Shown: piece by piece, positions 7,779 to 17,543 of the stretch
How the letters are laid out: each line of letters opens with the position of its first letter
Numbering within the stretch: the stretch's first letter is position 1
DNA from: a virus
Strand: one strand, 5' to 3'
Length of the DNA stretch: 32,905 bases
IMG/VR virus record: IMGVR_UViG_3300045988_085840
Position numbers and translations under genes: made by a program
Notes under the pieces: model-generated
What the model saw: only the letters and a program-made list of their open reading frames with translations
Told to the model about the DNA's origin: nothing
Databases searched by the model: none

Positions 7779-9062
7779 GTGAGAAAAACGGGGCTTTTTG
7801 ATTACCTTTTCAAAGGACGAAAAAACAAAGAAATAATAGGCGAATACTTTAAGCTGCTTAACGGCTATAGTCCTGTATTCTCTACCTACGACGGCGGCGT
7901 TTATGAAATGGATTTAACCCGCACGGCTATTAATAGCTTTGCTACTCATTGCAGCAAGTTAAAGCCAGAGGTAGAGGGCAACGCGTTAAAGAACTTAGAG
8001 CGCACGCTACAGTTTAAGCCTAACGCGTTTATGGACACAACAAAGTTTATAGCGCGAGTGGCGACAATACTAGAGTGTGAGCATACAGCTTTTATTATAC
8101 CAATAGAGGACGCATACGGACAGCTTGCGGGCTGGTATCCTTTGCTGCCTCAAAACTGCGAAATTATAGAACACCAAGACCAAGTATATTTACGCTATAC
8201 ATTTGGGAATGGAGAGCGCGCAGCGATTGAATTTGAACGCGTCGGAATACTAACGACGCACCAATATAGAGACGACATTTTCGGCGAGGATAACAAGACA
8301 ATGCAGCCGACAATGCAGCTTATACAGACGAGTAACGAGGGAATTATTAACGCCGTGCAAAATTCGGCAAATATCCGCTTTTTAGCAAAAGTAGCAAATA
8401 TGCTTAAACCAGAGGACATAAAAAAAGAGCGCGACAGATTTACGCAGGACAATTTAAGCAGCGACAACAAAAGCGGAATGATTATATACGACAATAAATT
8501 TACAGACGTAAAAACAGTAGAGAGCAGACCATACACGCCGAACGCGTTACAAATGCAGCAAATACAAGAAAATGTATGTACGCACTTTAATACAAATATG
8601 GACATACTGCAAAACAAGTTTAACGAGGAAACGTGGAACGCCTACTACGAGGGAAAAATAGAGCCGTTTGCTATACAGTTATCGCTCGTAATGTCTAATA
8701 TGACCTTTACGCCGCGAGACCTTGCACGCGGCAACGCTATTACATTTAGCGCGAACAGGCTACAGTATGCGAGCAATAACACAAAGCTACAGGTAAGTAC
8801 GCAGCTATTCGACAGAGGCTTACTTAATCGTAACGGGGTTATGGACATATGGAATATGGCACACGTTGAGGACGGCGACAAATACTATATACGAAAAGAG
8901 TATACAGAGGTTAGCGAGCTGGACAAGCACAACAAAGAGCCGCAGCCAGTAATTATAACGCAGCAGCCACAGCAAACAGAACCAACGGCAGGGCAAGAGC
9001 CGGAACAGGAACCACAGCAGACAAACAGCGGGCAGCAGGCGGACGAGAAAGGAGAAGAGTAA
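7779..9062 (+). CDS. Portal protein (HK97 family-like)
   Basis: 427 aa directly after terL, with an acidic/Gln-Pro-rich C-terminal tail. The GTG start lies very close to the aaggag RBS, so the exact start is uncertain. Confidence 0.8.
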   Translation: MRKTGLFDYLFKGRKNKEIIGEYFKLLNGYSPVFSTYDGGVYEMDLTRTAINSFATHCSKLKPEVEGNALKNLERTLQFKPNAFMDTTKFIARVATILECEHTAFIIPIEDAYGQLAGWYPLLPQNCEIIEHQDQVYLRYTFGNGERAAIEFERVGILTTHQYRDDIFGEDNKTMQPTMQLIQTSNEGIINAVQNSANIRFLAKVANMLKPEDIKKERDRFTQDNLSSDNKSGMIIYDNKFTDVKTVESRPYTPNALQMQQIQENVCTHFNTNMDILQNKFNEETWNAYYEGKIEPFAIQLSLVMSNMTFTPRDLARGNAITFSANRLQYASNNTKLQVSTQLFDRGLLNRNGVMDIWNMAHVEDGDKYYIRKEYTEVSELDKHNKEPQPVIITQQPQQTEPTAGQEPEQEPQQTNSGQQADEKGEE

Positions 9063-9066
9063 ACAT

Positions 9067-9663
9067 ATGCCAATAGTAAAAGAAAGAGAATACAGGAACG
9101 TAGCGGCGCCTCTATCGGTCACGGCAGCTACGAACCAATTTAACAGCGACTACTACATAGAGGGCTACGCGACTACGTTTGATACGCCGTACGTGCTCTA
9201 TGAGTTTGAGGACGGCGACAAATATTACGAAAAAATAGACAGGCACGCGCTGGACGGCGCGGACTTAAGCGACGTTATTATGCAGTACGACCACAGCGGC
9301 AGGGTATACGCAAGAAATAGCAATAACACGCTTAAATTAACTGCCGACGATAAAGGGCTTCTTATTGCAGCAGACCTTAGTAAAACAGAGTTAGCAAGGG
9401 GGCTGTATGAAGATATTAACGCGGGAATGATTACTAAAATGTCGTGGGCGTTTACAGTTGCAGAGGATAGCTACGACAGGAACACGCACACCCGCACAAT
9501 TTTAAAAATTAAAAAAGTGTACGACGTTAGCGCGGTAAGCATACCAGCAAACGACGACACCAGTATAGCAGCACGTAGCTACGCAAGCGGGAGACGTGAA
9601 GCAGAGCAGCGGGAGACGTTAGAAAAGCGCGCGGCTATGTTAAGAATTTTAACAACAATTTAA
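9067..9663 (+). CDS. Prohead serine protease (HK97 family-like)
   Basis: 198 aa between portal and capsid. The sequence ...MSWAFTV...VYDVSAVSIPANDDT matches the style of the Peptidase_S78 family. Confidence 0.8.
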   Translation: MPIVKEREYRNVAAPLSVTAATNQFNSDYYIEGYATTFDTPYVLYEFEDGDKYYEKIDRHALDGADLSDVIMQYDHSGRVYARNSNNTLKLTADDKGLLIAADLSKTELARGLYEDINAGMITKMSWAFTVAEDSYDRNTHTRTILKIKKVYDVSAVSIPANDDTSIAARSYASGRREAEQRETLEKRAAMLRILTTI

Positions 9664-9685
9664 GGCAAAGAAAGGAACAAAAACA

Positions 9686-10933
9686 ATGAGATTAAAAGAG
9701 ATTGAATTAAGACTTGCGGCTATTAAGAAAGACGTAGAGGAAAGAGGCACACAGCTTACAGCCGAAGAACTGGCAAAGTACGAGAAAGAAGTAAAAGACT
9801 TACAGGAAGAGAGAGCGGCAATTATCCAGCAGCAGGAGCAGCGCACAAACTTACTTGCAGCTATCGCAGCGGGAGAAGTACCAGACGGAAACGGAAACGT
9901 AACAGTACCTACAGTAATTAGAAGTATCGCGCCAGCAGACGGCAGCGGAACGCAGCAGCGCACAGCGGCAGTAGATAAGTACGACACATTGGAGTATCGT
10001 AAAGCATTTATGAATTATGTGTGTAGAGGCGTAGCAATTCCAACAGAGTACAGAGCAGCCAGCACAACTACAACAGCAGAAAGCGGCGCGGTAATTCCAA
10101 CTACAATTATGAATGAAATTATTACAAAGCTGGAAAGTTACGGCAGCATTTACGCAAAGGTGCGCAAGATTAACGTACAGGGCGGCGTATCAATTCCAAT
10201 CGCAGACTTAAAGCCTACTGCGCACTGGATTACAGAGGGAAAGAGCAGCGACGACCAGAACGCAAGCGCTAAAAATTCGGTGACATTTAATTATTACGGC
10301 TTAGAGTGCAAAATTTCACAGAGCATTTTAGCAAACGTAGTAACACTTAAAATGTTTACAGATTTATTTGTGCCTATGGCGACCGAGGCTATGGTTAAAG
10401 CTATCGAGATTTCTATTTTTAACGGAACAGGCGAGGGGCAGCCATTAGGAGTATTAAAAGACAACCGAGTAACAACCGTTGTTACACTTACACCAGAAGA
10501 GTACGCAAGTTGGAGCGGCTGGCATAAAGTAAAAGCAAAAATGAAAAAGGCGTACAGAAATGGCAGCTTTATAATGAACCAGTCAACTTTTGACGTTGGC
10601 ATTGACGGAATGGAAGATAAAAACGGGCAGCCTATCGGGCGTACAAATTATGGCGTAAACGGCGAAGAGACATACCGCTTTATGGGTAAGAACGTAGAGA
10701 CTGTAGAGGACGATATTTTACCAAGCTGGGACGACGCAAACGAGGGCGACGTAATCGCGGTATTTATGAACTTTTCGGACTACGTTATTAATACAAATAT
10801 GGAAATGCAGGTAGTAAAGTGGACAGACCACGACAATAACAAGATTAAGAATAAATGCTTAATGGTAGCTGACGGAAAGGTAGCCGACGCTGCGGGCATT
10901 ATCTTAGTAAAAAAAGGCGTAAAGTCAGTTTAA
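9686..10933 (+). CDS. Major capsid protein (HK97 fold) with N-terminal coiled-coil delta/scaffold domain
   Basis: 415 aa. The N-terminal ~60 aa are charged coiled-coil (LKEIELRLAAIKKDVEERG...). Size and position after the protease are typical. Confidence 0.85.
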   Translation: MRLKEIELRLAAIKKDVEERGTQLTAEELAKYEKEVKDLQEERAAIIQQQEQRTNLLAAIAAGEVPDGNGNVTVPTVIRSIAPADGSGTQQRTAAVDKYDTLEYRKAFMNYVCRGVAIPTEYRAASTTTTAESGAVIPTTIMNEIITKLESYGSIYAKVRKINVQGGVSIPIADLKPTAHWITEGKSSDDQNASAKNSVTFNYYGLECKISQSILANVVTLKMFTDLFVPMATEAMVKAIEISIFNGTGEGQPLGVLKDNRVTTVVTLTPEEYASWSGWHKVKAKMKKAYRNGSFIMNQSTFDVGIDGMEDKNGQPIGRTNYGVNGEETYRFMGKNVETVEDDILPSWDDANEGDVIAVFMNFSDYVINTNMEMQVVKWTDHDNNKIKNKCLMVADGKVADAAGIILVKKGVKSV

Positions 10934-10983
10934 TAACAATAACGCAGGCGGCGTAAAGCTGCCTGCTAAAGAAAGGCGAAATA

Positions 10984-11358
10984 ATGAAAGGGCATTTAGA
11001 TAAAAAGCAGCTCGAGGACGAGTACAAGGTAGACGAGCTTAGAGAACTTGCTAAAAGTCTGGGATTAAGCCCAGACGGGAAAAAGGCAGAGCTTGTAGAA
11101 CGTATCGCGGCAGCAGAGGTAGACGTAACGGACGAGGACGACAGGCAGCAGGCAGCGACGAACACACCGACAGCAAACGACCAGCAGGCAGCAGCCGCTA
11201 ACGTGTCCGTTTCGGACACAACAATAAAAGTTATCGTAACAGAGACTTACAAAGACTTGCAGCGCGATATTACACAGCACGCGGGCGACACGTTCGAGGT
11301 AACAAAAGAACGCGCAGCGCAGCTTATAGAGGCAGGCGTAGCAAAAGCAGCAGAGTAG
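10984..11358 (+). CDS. SAP/Rho-N-like domain head-associated protein
   Basis: 124 aa. VDELRELAKSLGLSPDGKKAELVERIAAA matches the SAP / Rho_N helix-extended-helix motif often found just after phage capsid genes. Confidence 0.5.
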   Translation: MKGHLDKKQLEDEYKVDELRELAKSLGLSPDGKKAELVERIAAAEVDVTDEDDRQQAATNTPTANDQQAAAANVSVSDTTIKVIVTETYKDLQRDITQHAGDTFEVTKERAAQLIEAGVAKAAE

Positions 11359-11368
11359 GGGGACGACT

Positions 11369-11662
11369 ATGAGGACAGCACTAATAAAAGCAATTAAAGA
11401 CAGTATGCGTATGTCTACCGCCTCGGCTATTATCGAGGACGATATAAGCGGCTGTATAGAGGCTTGCTTTAAAGACTTGCAGCTTGCAGGCGTGAAAAAG
11501 ATAGACGACACAGACGCGCTTATTATTAGAGCTGCACAGCTCTTTACAAAAGCAGACTTTAACTATAACAACCTTGCAGACAAATACAGACAGAGCTACG
11601 ACGCGCTTAAGATGTCTTTAGCACTTTCTGGAGAGTATAACACGAAAGAAAGCGAGGGCTAA
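11369..11662 (+). CDS. Head-tail connector / DNA-packaging (gp6-like) protein
   Basis: 97 aa. Called from its position in the HK97/SPP1-type head-tail joining block and its size. Confidence 0.45.
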   Translation: MRTALIKAIKDSMRMSTASAIIEDDISGCIEACFKDLQLAGVKKIDDTDALIIRAAQLFTKADFNYNNLADKYRQSYDALKMSLALSGEYNTKESEG

Positions 11663-11664
11663 AA

Positions 11665-11943
11665 ATGTATGGAGAGATAACCTTAAAGACGCAGCTAAAC
11701 GCGACGGAAACAGAAAGCGTAACTATATGCTGCGAGGTAGACAGCATAACCCAGAGCGAATACGCGACAGCGGGCGTTAAGGACATTAAGCCAAGCTATA
11801 AATTTACTGTATGGGCGCACGAATACAACGACCAGACAGAGTTAGAGTACAACGGGCAGCGTTTAACTATTTACAGGACTTATAAAAAGCCAAACGAGGA
11901 AAAGTTAGAGCTGTACGCAGAAAAGAGGGCGGGCAAGCGTTGA
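11665..11943 (+). CDS. Head closure / head-tail adaptor protein
   Basis: 92 aa. Called from position and size. It is translationally coupled to its neighbours. Confidence 0.45.
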   Translation: MYGEITLKTQLNATETESVTICCEVDSITQSEYATAGVKDIKPSYKFTVWAHEYNDQTELEYNGQRLTIYRTYKKPNEEKLELYAEKRAGKR

Positions 11944-12317
11944 GCAACGAGAACATAAACACAGCAGGCGCAGCTATAGCCGAAGCGCTGGCAGAATATG
12001 ACCAAGAAATAGCAGACGCAACAAAGCGAATAACCGACGAAGTAGCAAAAGAGGCGGTAGACACTCTTAAGAAGAGCAGCCCCAAACTAACGGGAAGCTA
12101 CCGCAAGGGCTGGCGTAAAAAAGCAGCATACACAGACAAACGAACTAAGCGAAATACTGTATATAACGAGACAGACTACCAGCTAACCCACTTGCTGGAA
12201 TATGGGCACGCAAGTAGGAACGGCGGCAGAGTTAGAGCTATACAGCATATAGCGCCTGTAGAGCAGGCGGCTATAGAGGCACTACAGGAAAGGATAGAGG
12301 CAGCAGCGAGCAAATGA
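11940..12317 (+). CDS. HK97 gp10-family tail-completion-like protein
   Basis: 125 aa. The TTG start overlaps the previous stop (TTGA). TGSYRKGW...LTHLLEYGH resembles the HK97 gp10 family. Confidence 0.55.
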   Translation: MSNENINTAGAAIAEALAEYDQEIADATKRITDEVAKEAVDTLKKSSPKLTGSYRKGWRKKAAYTDKRTKRNTVYNETDYQLTHLLEYGHASRNGGRVRAIQHIAPVEQAAIEALQERIEAAASK

Positions 12318-12670
12318 GATTAGAGACAATTATAGAACGCGCCCGCACGCTGGGGCTACCTCTGGCAAAGGACGAGTTTAGAGAGACAAAAGAAACGCCA
12401 CTACCCGAGCTGCCGTATCTGGTATACATAACACCGCAGGACAACGTAAGCAAAAGCGACGACGGAGCAGTAGGAGTTAGGGCAATACAGGCGGCTATAG
12501 AGCTTTACACAGACAAAATAGCCGATAGCAGCTTAGAAAAAGAAATAGAACAAAAAGTATTATACGACGTAGGCTTTAACAAATTTCAAGAGACAATACA
12601 AAGCGAGGATATGGTACAGACGGCATACGAATTTACCATATACGAAAAAATAAGAAAGAGAGGACAGTAA
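12314..12670 (+). CDS. Tail terminator/completion-like protein
   Basis: 118 aa with an ATGA overlap to the upstream gene. It lies immediately before the major tail protein. Confidence 0.4.
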   Translation: MRLETIIERARTLGLPLAKDEFRETKETPLPELPYLVYITPQDNVSKSDDGAVGVRAIQAAIELYTDKIADSSLEKEIEQKVLYDVGFNKFQETIQSEDMVQTAYEFTIYEKIRKRGQ

Positions 12671-12674
12671 CAAT

Positions 12675-13214
12675 ATGGATAGCGAGAGAATTACACTCGG
12701 CAGCGGTAAGCTCTACTGCGTTAAATTTACGGGAACAATCCCAGCGGACGAAACAATAGAAACAGAGGATAACCAGCTTGCGCACATCAAGGGCGGCGCG
12801 TCACTCGAGTATACAGCAGAGAGCTACACAGCCAAGGACGATTTAGGTGTAGTACAGAAAACTAAAGTGACAAAGGAAGAGGCAACACTTAAAGCGGGCT
12901 TGCTTACTTGGTGCGGAGCTACATTAGATAAATTATGTGCAACAGCAAGAGTAACAACCTCTGGCAAAAAGCGTACTGTAAAAATCGGCGGCTTAAAGAA
13001 CCAGAAAAACGACAAATATTTAATTAGATTTTTGCACGAGGACGACGAGGACGGCGACGTTAGAGTAACAATCGTCGGAAAGAATGAGGCAGGCTTTAGC
13101 TTTACATTCGCAACAGACGCAGAGACAACATTAGAGCCAACCTTTACAGCTTACCCAATGGACAAAGAGGGCACACTTATTATTTTTGACGAGGAAATAG
13201 TACAGAACGTATAA
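12675..13214 (+). CDS. Major tail protein
   Basis: 179 aa with a strong RBS (agagagg). It is followed by the chaperone pair and the tape measure, which is the canonical siphovirus order. Confidence 0.6.
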   Translation: MDSERITLGSGKLYCVKFTGTIPADETIETEDNQLAHIKGGASLEYTAESYTAKDDLGVVQKTKVTKEEATLKAGLLTWCGATLDKLCATARVTTSGKKRTVKIGGLKNQKNDKYLIRFLHEDDEDGDVRVTIVGKNEAGFSFTFATDAETTLEPTFTAYPMDKEGTLIIFDEEIVQNV

Positions 13215-13265
13215 GAGATTAAAGCGGCTGCGCAAAAGCAGCCGCGATAGAAAAGAGGTTAGAAT

Positions 13266-13598
13266 ATGGCAAATAAAAGTTTTGATTTTGGAAAATTAAA
13301 GCGCAGCTTTTACCCTACTAAGTTAAAGGACGGCAAAACTCTTGTAGTTGAAATGCCTAAAAAGCGCACTTTTGAAAAAATGCAGATTATAAACGATATT
13401 GACACAGACGAGGCTAAGAGCGGCGAGGTATACGACGAAATGCTAGGGCTCTTGGCAGAAATCTTAAGCAATAACAGAGGCAAAGAGGTTATTACAGCGG
13501 AGTACTTAGAACAGGAAGAGTACGACATAGAGGAAATTATAGCGTACATTAACGACTACGCAGACTTTGTAAACAGCATTAAGAATAACCCAAACTAA
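13266..13598 (+). CDS. Tail assembly chaperone (gpG-like, zero-frame product)
   Basis: 110 aa, acidic, located directly upstream of the tape measure gene. It ends with the slippery heptamer C CCA AAC followed by TAA. Confidence 0.7.
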   Translation: MANKSFDFGKLKRSFYPTKLKDGKTLVVEMPKKRTFEKMQIINDIDTDEAKSGEVYDEMLGLLAEILSNNRGKEVITAEYLEQEEYDIEEIIAYINDYADFVNSIKNNPN

Positions 13599-13882
13599 AG
13601 CTGCCGCGCTACCCAAACGGGCAGACAGAGGCGGCAGAGTATACATACACAGCAGAAACACGAGCAGAGAAGCTAGTTATAGACTACTTAAATATAAGCA
13701 TATTCGACGTGCAAGAAATGCCGATAGACCTATACTTATACTTTATGCGAGAAAGTTATATATATACGCTTAGCCAGACAGAAAAGGGCAGAAAGTATTT
13801 AGAGGACTGCTACAGAATGACGCAGACCAAGCCAGACCGCAAAAAGATACGAGAAAAGATTAAGAACCAGAAAGGAGCGTAA
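13589..13882 (+). CDS. -1 frame extension of the tail assembly chaperone (gpGT-like frameshift product, 13266..13595 joined to 13595..13882)
   Basis: The -1 frame is open without stops from 13589 to the TAA at 13880-13882. It has no good start codon near its 5' end. The canonical X XXY YYZ heptamer CCCAAAC lies at 13589-13595. Confidence 0.6.
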   Translation, partial: PKLKLPRYPNGQTEAAEYTYTAETRAEKLVIDYLNISIFDVQEMPIDLYLYFMRESYIYTLSQTEKGRKYLEDCYRMTQTKPDRKKIREKIKNQKGA

Positions 13883-13885
13883 TAA

Positions 13886-16783
13886 GTGGCAGGCAGTATT
13901 AAAGGTATCACAATCGAAATAGGCGGAGATACTACTAAGCTATCTAAGGCGCTCTCTGGCGTTAATAGCTCGTGCAGCTCTTTACAGAAAGAGCTACGCG
14001 AAGTAGACAAGCTGCTTAAACTCGACCCGACAAATACGGAACTATTAGCCCAGAAACAGAAAATATTAAAAGAGGCTATAGGAAGTACAAAAGAGAAGTT
14101 AGAAACCTTAAAAGAGGCAGAAAAACAGGTACAGGAACAGTTTGAAAATGGCGAAGTATCAGAGGAACAATACAGAGCATTACAAAGAGAGATAGCCTCT
14201 ACAGAAATCAAACTCGGCAACTTGGAAAAGCAGGCAGAGGAAAGCAATAAAGAATTTGAAAACACAGGGAAAGCAGCCGAAGAGACAGCGAAGAATGTAA
14301 GCAAAATCGACACGGCGGCGAAAGCATTTGATACAGTAGAGGATAAAGCAGGCAAAGCAGCTAAAGCTATGGCGCCTTTATCGGCAGCAGCGGCAGCAGT
14401 AGGCGCAGGAGCCGTAGCGTCTGCTATGAATTTAGACGACGGCTACGACATAATTATAACTAAAACAGGCGCTACGGGCGAGGCGTTAGACGACCTCAAC
14501 AAGCGTATGAACAACATTTTTAAGGATATACCGACAGACGCGGAGACGGCAGGCACAGCAATAGGAGAGGTTAATACACGTTTCCAGCTTACAGGCGACG
14601 AGTTAGAGAGCTTATCAAAGCAGTTTATCGAATTTGCAGAGATAAACGGGACAGACTTAAATAGCAGTATTGACAATGTAGACACAATCTTAAACAAATT
14701 CAACGTAGACGCAGGACAGGCGGGCAATGTATTAGGACTGCTCACAAAAGTAGGACAAGATACAGGGCTGTCTATGGACACATTAGAGAACTCGTTAATG
14801 CAGAATGGCAGCACCTTAAAAGAAATGGGGCTAGGCATTACAGAAAGCGTAAATTTGCTTGCTATGTTTGAAAATAACGGCGTAGACGCTACTACAGCTA
14901 TGACAGGCTTAAAGAAAGCTGTAAAGAATTATACAGCAGAGGGCTTAAGTACAGACCAAGCGCTACAAAAGACAATAGACAGCATTAAAAACGCAAGTAC
15001 GGAGACAGAGGCGTTAAGTATTGCGCAAGAAACTTTCGGCTCTAAGGGCTTTGCAGAAATGGCGCAGGCAATAAGAGAGGGCAAGTTAAGCGTAGACGAC
15101 TTAGGCGGCTCACTCGAGGACTACGGCACTACTGTACAAGATACATATGAAAGCACTTTAGACCCGTGGGACAATGCTAAAGTAATGCTTAATAACTTAA
15201 AACTTGCAGGCAGCGACTTAGCGGGTACTGCGTTATCGGCATTACAGCCAGCGATAGAAAAAGTAACGAGCACAGTACAGAGCGCTACAGAATGGTTTAG
15301 AGGGCTAAGCGACAATCAAAAAGAAATGATAGCGACAATAGTAATGATAGTTGCAGCAATAGCCCCCGCGCTGCTAATTATAAGCAAAGTAGCGGGCGTT
15401 ATATCAACTATGATAAACGTAATTAAGACGCTACAGACTGCAATAACAGCAGTAAACGCCGTGCTTGCAGCAAACCCCATTATATTAGTTATAGCGGCGA
15501 TAGCGGCGTTAATAGCGATATTTATAACGCTATACAATAAGTGCGAATGGTTTAGAGACGCAGTAAACGAAATATTTGAGAATGTAAAAGAATTTATAGG
15601 CGGCGCTATCGAAGTAATAAAGGGCGTTATAGGCACTATCTGGGACAAGATACAAGAGATATGGGGCTTTATAGAGCCGTACCTACAGGCTGCCTTTGCT
15701 TTTTTGCAACAGTTAGGCGCAGACATAGCGCAGATATTTAGCGATTGCTGGGAAATTATTAAAGTAGTATGGGATTTAGTAGAGCCGTACTTTTCTATGT
15801 TATGGGAAAATATAAAAGTCATATTCTCGGTAGTTGGCGAAGTGCTGGGCGGTTTTTTCTCGGTTGCGTGGGAATACATTAAAGGCGTATGGGACGTAGC
15901 AGTACTTTACTTTACGCTTATCTGGGAAAACATAAAAGTAGTATTCTCGGCTGTAGGCGAAGTGCTGGGCTCATTCTTTCGTAATGCGTGGGAAATTATC
16001 AAAGCAGTATGGGACGTTGTAGCGGCTTACTTTGCTGCGGTATGGAACGCTATAAAAACAGTATTCAGCGTCGTAAAAGACGTGCTTACAGGAGACTTTA
16101 AAGGCGCGTGGGACGGAATAAAGAGCATATTCGAGGGTTTTGCAAACTTCTTTAGTACATTATGGGATAGCGTAAAGCGTATCTTTTCGGCTGTCGGCTC
16201 ATTTTTTAGAGACACATTCGGGGCAGCTTGGGACGCGGTAAAGGGTGTATTCTCTAATTTTAGCTCTTTTTTTAGCGGCTTGTGGGACACTATAAGAAAT
16301 ACGTTTTCGAATTTAGGCGCAAGCATAGCAGACGCAATAGGCGGCGCGGTAAAAGCAGGAATTAACGGCGTAATAAGCATTATAGAAAACACCATAAACG
16401 GAGCTATAGGGCTTATCAACGGAGCTATTAACCTTATAAACAAAATACCAGGGGTAAGCATTGGCAAAATGAGTAATTTAAGCCTGCCAAGGCTTGCACA
16501 CGGCGGCATTATCGGAAACGGCGGCGCTATGGTAGCAGAGGCGGGACCAGAGCTCGTACAAATGGTAAACGGCAAAGCTGTAGTAACGCCGCTTACGAAT
16601 ACGGCAAGAAACACAGCTATAGACACCGCAAAAGGCAGCAGGGCGCAGCAAATTACAAACGAGATTAACGTAAATATAGAACACTTTGAAAACAACAGAG
16701 ATACAGACATAAGAGAGCTTACAGAGGAAATGTTAGAGACTGCGGAAGAAATGAAAGAGAGGGACGACAGAGTATATGCTTAG
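13886..16783 (+). CDS. Tape measure protein
   Basis: 965 aa with a GTG start after RBS aaaggag. It has an N-terminal coiled coil, central hydrophobic TM-like segments and tandem 40-aa W-rich repeats. Confidence 0.9.
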   Translation: MAGSIKGITIEIGGDTTKLSKALSGVNSSCSSLQKELREVDKLLKLDPTNTELLAQKQKILKEAIGSTKEKLETLKEAEKQVQEQFENGEVSEEQYRALQREIASTEIKLGNLEKQAEESNKEFENTGKAAEETAKNVSKIDTAAKAFDTVEDKAGKAAKAMAPLSAAAAAVGAGAVASAMNLDDGYDIIITKTGATGEALDDLNKRMNNIFKDIPTDAETAGTAIGEVNTRFQLTGDELESLSKQFIEFAEINGTDLNSSIDNVDTILNKFNVDAGQAGNVLGLLTKVGQDTGLSMDTLENSLMQNGSTLKEMGLGITESVNLLAMFENNGVDATTAMTGLKKAVKNYTAEGLSTDQALQKTIDSIKNASTETEALSIAQETFGSKGFAEMAQAIREGKLSVDDLGGSLEDYGTTVQDTYESTLDPWDNAKVMLNNLKLAGSDLAGTALSALQPAIEKVTSTVQSATEWFRGLSDNQKEMIATIVMIVAAIAPALLIISKVAGVISTMINVIKTLQTAITAVNAVLAANPIILVIAAIAALIAIFITLYNKCEWFRDAVNEIFENVKEFIGGAIEVIKGVIGTIWDKIQEIWGFIEPYLQAAFAFLQQLGADIAQIFSDCWEIIKVVWDLVEPYFSMLWENIKVIFSVVGEVLGGFFSVAWEYIKGVWDVAVLYFTLIWENIKVVFSAVGEVLGSFFRNAWEIIKAVWDVVAAYFAAVWNAIKTVFSVVKDVLTGDFKGAWDGIKSIFEGFANFFSTLWDSVKRIFSAVGSFFRDTFGAAWDAVKGVFSNFSSFFSGLWDTIRNTFSNLGASIADAIGGAVKAGINGVISIIENTINGAIGLINGAINLINKIPGVSIGKMSNLSLPRLAHGGIIGNGGAMVAEAGPELVQMVNGKAVVTPLTNTARNTAIDTAKGSRAQQITNEINVNIEHFENNRDTDIRELTEEMLETAEEMKERDDRVYA
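15640..16300 (+). repeat. In-frame tandem 120-bp (40-aa) repeats inside the tape measure gene
   Basis: tgggaaaa(t/c)ataaaagt starts at 15803 and 15923, and the related tggaacgctataaaaac at 16043, giving a 120-bp period. At protein level the motif W(E/D)xIKxVFSxVGEVLGxFF recurs. The boundaries are approximate. Confidence 0.7.
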
Positions 16784-17543
16784 TAATTATTATAATGCAG
16801 CTAATAGCTTTACATATAACGGCGTTAATTCTCTCGATATGGGGCTTTTTATTATGGAGCAGAGCGGCGCGGACAACGCCGCCGAGCCTGTAATAGAGAC
16901 TATAAACGTACCAGCACGCGGCAATTTTGTAGTAGACAATCGCATAGACGAGCTGGACAACCAGCAATTTAACGATTATGTGCGTAAATACGTATGCTGC
17001 GTGGATATAGACGCCTTTAAGCTAGACTTAGAGGAACACGCCCGCAGGCTTTACGCTTGGCTCTACGGCAGCGGCATAGAGTATAAAAAACTCTATGATA
17101 CTTACGACAGAGACTATTACACACTTGCATACTTAAGCAGCGGGGCGAGCGTGTCAGAGCTTGCTAAGCGCCTGCTGGGACAAATAGAGATACAGTTTAC
17201 GTGCAAGGCATATAAAAGAGCACTAAAGGGAGACGAAACAATAACGATAACAAAAGCAGCCACGATTACAAACCCAGAGGGCTTTACAGCAACGCCATAT
17301 ATGAAGATATACGGCAGCGGTAACGTAACACTCTATATAAACAATCGCGCGCACGGCTTTAAAAATATAGACGGATATATAGAGGTAGACAGCGAAAATA
17401 TGAACGCGTACAAGGGCGATACATTACAGAATAATAAAATGCTTGTGGGGGCGTTTCCTAAGCTGGCAGCAGGAGACAATAACATAAGCTGGGCGGGTAA
17501 TGTAACAAAAATCGAAATAGTACCGCGCTGGTGCAAACTATGA
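16776..17543 (+). CDS. Distal tail protein (Dit / siphovirus tail component-like)
   Basis: 255 aa. The N-terminal FTYNGVNSLDMGLFI is typical of the Sipho_tail family. It lies after the tape measure gene. Confidence 0.6.
   Translation: MLSNYYNAANSFTYNGVNSLDMGLFIMEQSGADNAAEPVIETINVPARGNFVVDNRIDELDNQQFNDYVRKYVCCVDIDAFKLDLEEHARRLYAWLYGSGIEYKKLYDTYDRDYYTLAYLSSGASVSELAKRLLGQIEIQFTCKAYKRALKGDETITITKAATITNPEGFTATPYMKIYGSGNVTLYINNRAHGFKNIDGYIEVDSENMNAYKGDTLQNNKMLVGAFPKLAAGDNNISWAGNVTKIEIVPRWCKL

Noticed and set aside
15316-16710. Long minus-strand ORFs antisense to the tape measure gene (15316..15879 and 16027..16710). Similar antisense ORFs occur throughout, for example 359..706, 8195..8617, 13810..14355, 21005..21548, 22794..23267 and 25825..26466
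   Set aside because: They are shadow ORFs of strongly purine-loaded + strand genes. They have low-complexity Ser/Cys/Phe/Leu-rich translations, lack RBSs and fully overlap well-supported genes.
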